A stretch of 63,856 nucleotides of DNA, counting the filler, from Octopus bimaculoides (Eukaryota): assembly GCF_001194135.2 (NCBI RefSeq). It is 7 parts of 6 records of this genome, joined end to end, with 100 filler letters (N's around TTAATTAATTAA, not from the genome) between each part and the next. Parts side by side here need not be neighbours in the genome. Positions count along the whole stretch, not along the records: positions 61,675 to 63,856 come from NC_068985.1; 6 more parts are not named here. The stretch is one strand, 5' to 3'. Position numbers and translations under genes: made by a program. Numbering within the stretch: position 1 is the first letter of the stretch; each line of letters begins with the position of its first letter. The notes under the pieces were generated by a model, which made no database searches, was not told the DNA's origin, and saw only the letters and a list, made by a program, of their open reading frames with translations. Shown here one piece after another: positions 62,501-63,856 of the stretch.

Positions 62501-63606
62501 TGAACATAATAATAGCAATACATACATGCATACATACATACATACATACATACATACATACATACATACATACATACATACATGTATATATGTATATGCA
62601 TATATATATTTACATACGCATATATACACACACACACATATATGTATATGTGTGTTTATGTATGCATGCATATATACATATATACACAAATACATATGCA
62701 TATATATATATGTCTGTGTGTGTGTTCATATATATTTGTATATGTATATATATACATATCTGTATATATACAGATGAGGTTAATAGTGAGCAGAGGAATA
62801 CTCACTGGATTTCACGGCAAAAAATAAAAGAAACATATGGATTTGGAATATGTCATTGGATTTGATCCAGAGAAAAACACCAAAATACAACATAACATTT
62901 TGGAATGATAGATGAGATGAAGAAAGAAAAAAATGACTGACATGGCAAATATTGAAGTTTACACAGACATATGAAATGCAGTGATAGGAAAGAATTTGTG
63001 AGAATTTTTGAAAAAGCTGTTGTAAGAACAAAGTTGATGAGGCATTCAAGGAGATAGGATCTCATTTTTGCACGAATAAAATAGAGAATATTATAAAAGA
63101 AACAAGAATTAAAGATGAAAGTGTCGAAAGAAGTTAAGATTAGAAATTGAGTGTTGTTGTCAACAGATGAATATTTGTGAAACAAAAGGGTGAACAAGGA
63201 AAAAACATATTCAAAATGTTATTCTTAATGTTAAGAACGACTGACTTAACATAGCAGAAAATGAGGAAGACATCCTACCTCAATGAATGGTATCAACACT
63301 GTAGAGGTGAAGAAAAAGAATTAAAAGAAAAACTTTTTTGAGAAATAGAAACATTAAATCAAGACTAAATATAATCTTGTAATCTTCTCAATAATTTAAG
63401 ATACACCTTGTTTTAAATTTTGGGTTAGAAGCAGCTCTAATGACGTAAGCATTAATGATGTCACGTACATAATGTATGTGAGTTGCTCAAACGCTTTTAG
63501 GCTGCGGTATTTCGTCCAGGGAAAGTCCCTTTAAGAGGTAGAGTATCAAATAAAAATAAAAACACTGTATATGTCAAAACCAGGCGAAACGAACTGCCCT
63601 GTAATT

Positions 63607-63764
63607 GAAATCCGGTTTATGGGATTACCTTAGGTTTCCTGTCCATAAAGAGTTTAGCTTTATGGCGTATCGTCAAATCCCAAAAGGTTTCTTGGGATCT
63701 GACGATACGCCATAACTAAACCCTTATGGACGAGAGACCTAAGGTAATCCCATAAACCGACTTT
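63607..63764. repeat. Long hairpin, arms of about 75 bp, 8 nt loop
   Basis: CGGTTTATGGGATTACCTTAGGT...GTCCATAAG.GTTTAG..TTATGGCGTATCGTCA.ATCCCAA, loop AAGGTTTC, then the reverse complement. Confidence 0.95.
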
Positions 63765-63856
63765 CCCCATTTTTAATATATACTGCTCTATATCTTATAG
63801 TGTGTTTCTTTCGGATTTATGTTTTTTTACAAACGATATATATATATATATATATA

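Noticed and set aside
62830-63400. Possible decayed LINE ORF1-like coding sequence
   Set aside because: Purine-rich and protein-like in patches, but too many stops and no motif I can name.

Overview
AT-rich, gap-ridden animal genomic DNA with no prokaryotic features. Dense di/tri/tetranucleotide microsatellites and several abundant tRNA-derived SINE families point to a cephalopod, most likely Octopus (inference from repeat style, no database search). Most of the window is intronic or intergenic repeat: at least five SINE-like families, decayed CR1/L2, RTE and Tx1-like LINE pieces, a full-length but dead Chapaev3-type transposon (25226-27553), a chimeric maT/DD37D element (40575-41910), a DD34D mariner fragment and a Helitron 5-prime end. 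Almost all ORFs in the supplied track are microsatellite or N-gap artefacts. Scattered minus-strand segments with good splice signals suggest one long-intron gene whose product I cannot identify (likely first coding exon 59085-58909, probable internal TATA promoter near 37790), and possibly a second gene starting near 2994. The most notable unexplained signal is a set of hammerhead-ribozyme motifs of three architectures: a near-canonical minimal type I (30196-30248), a family with a long branched stem II (three copies), and a variant-core minimal form (two copies). There are also three long inverted-repeat or hairpin structures.
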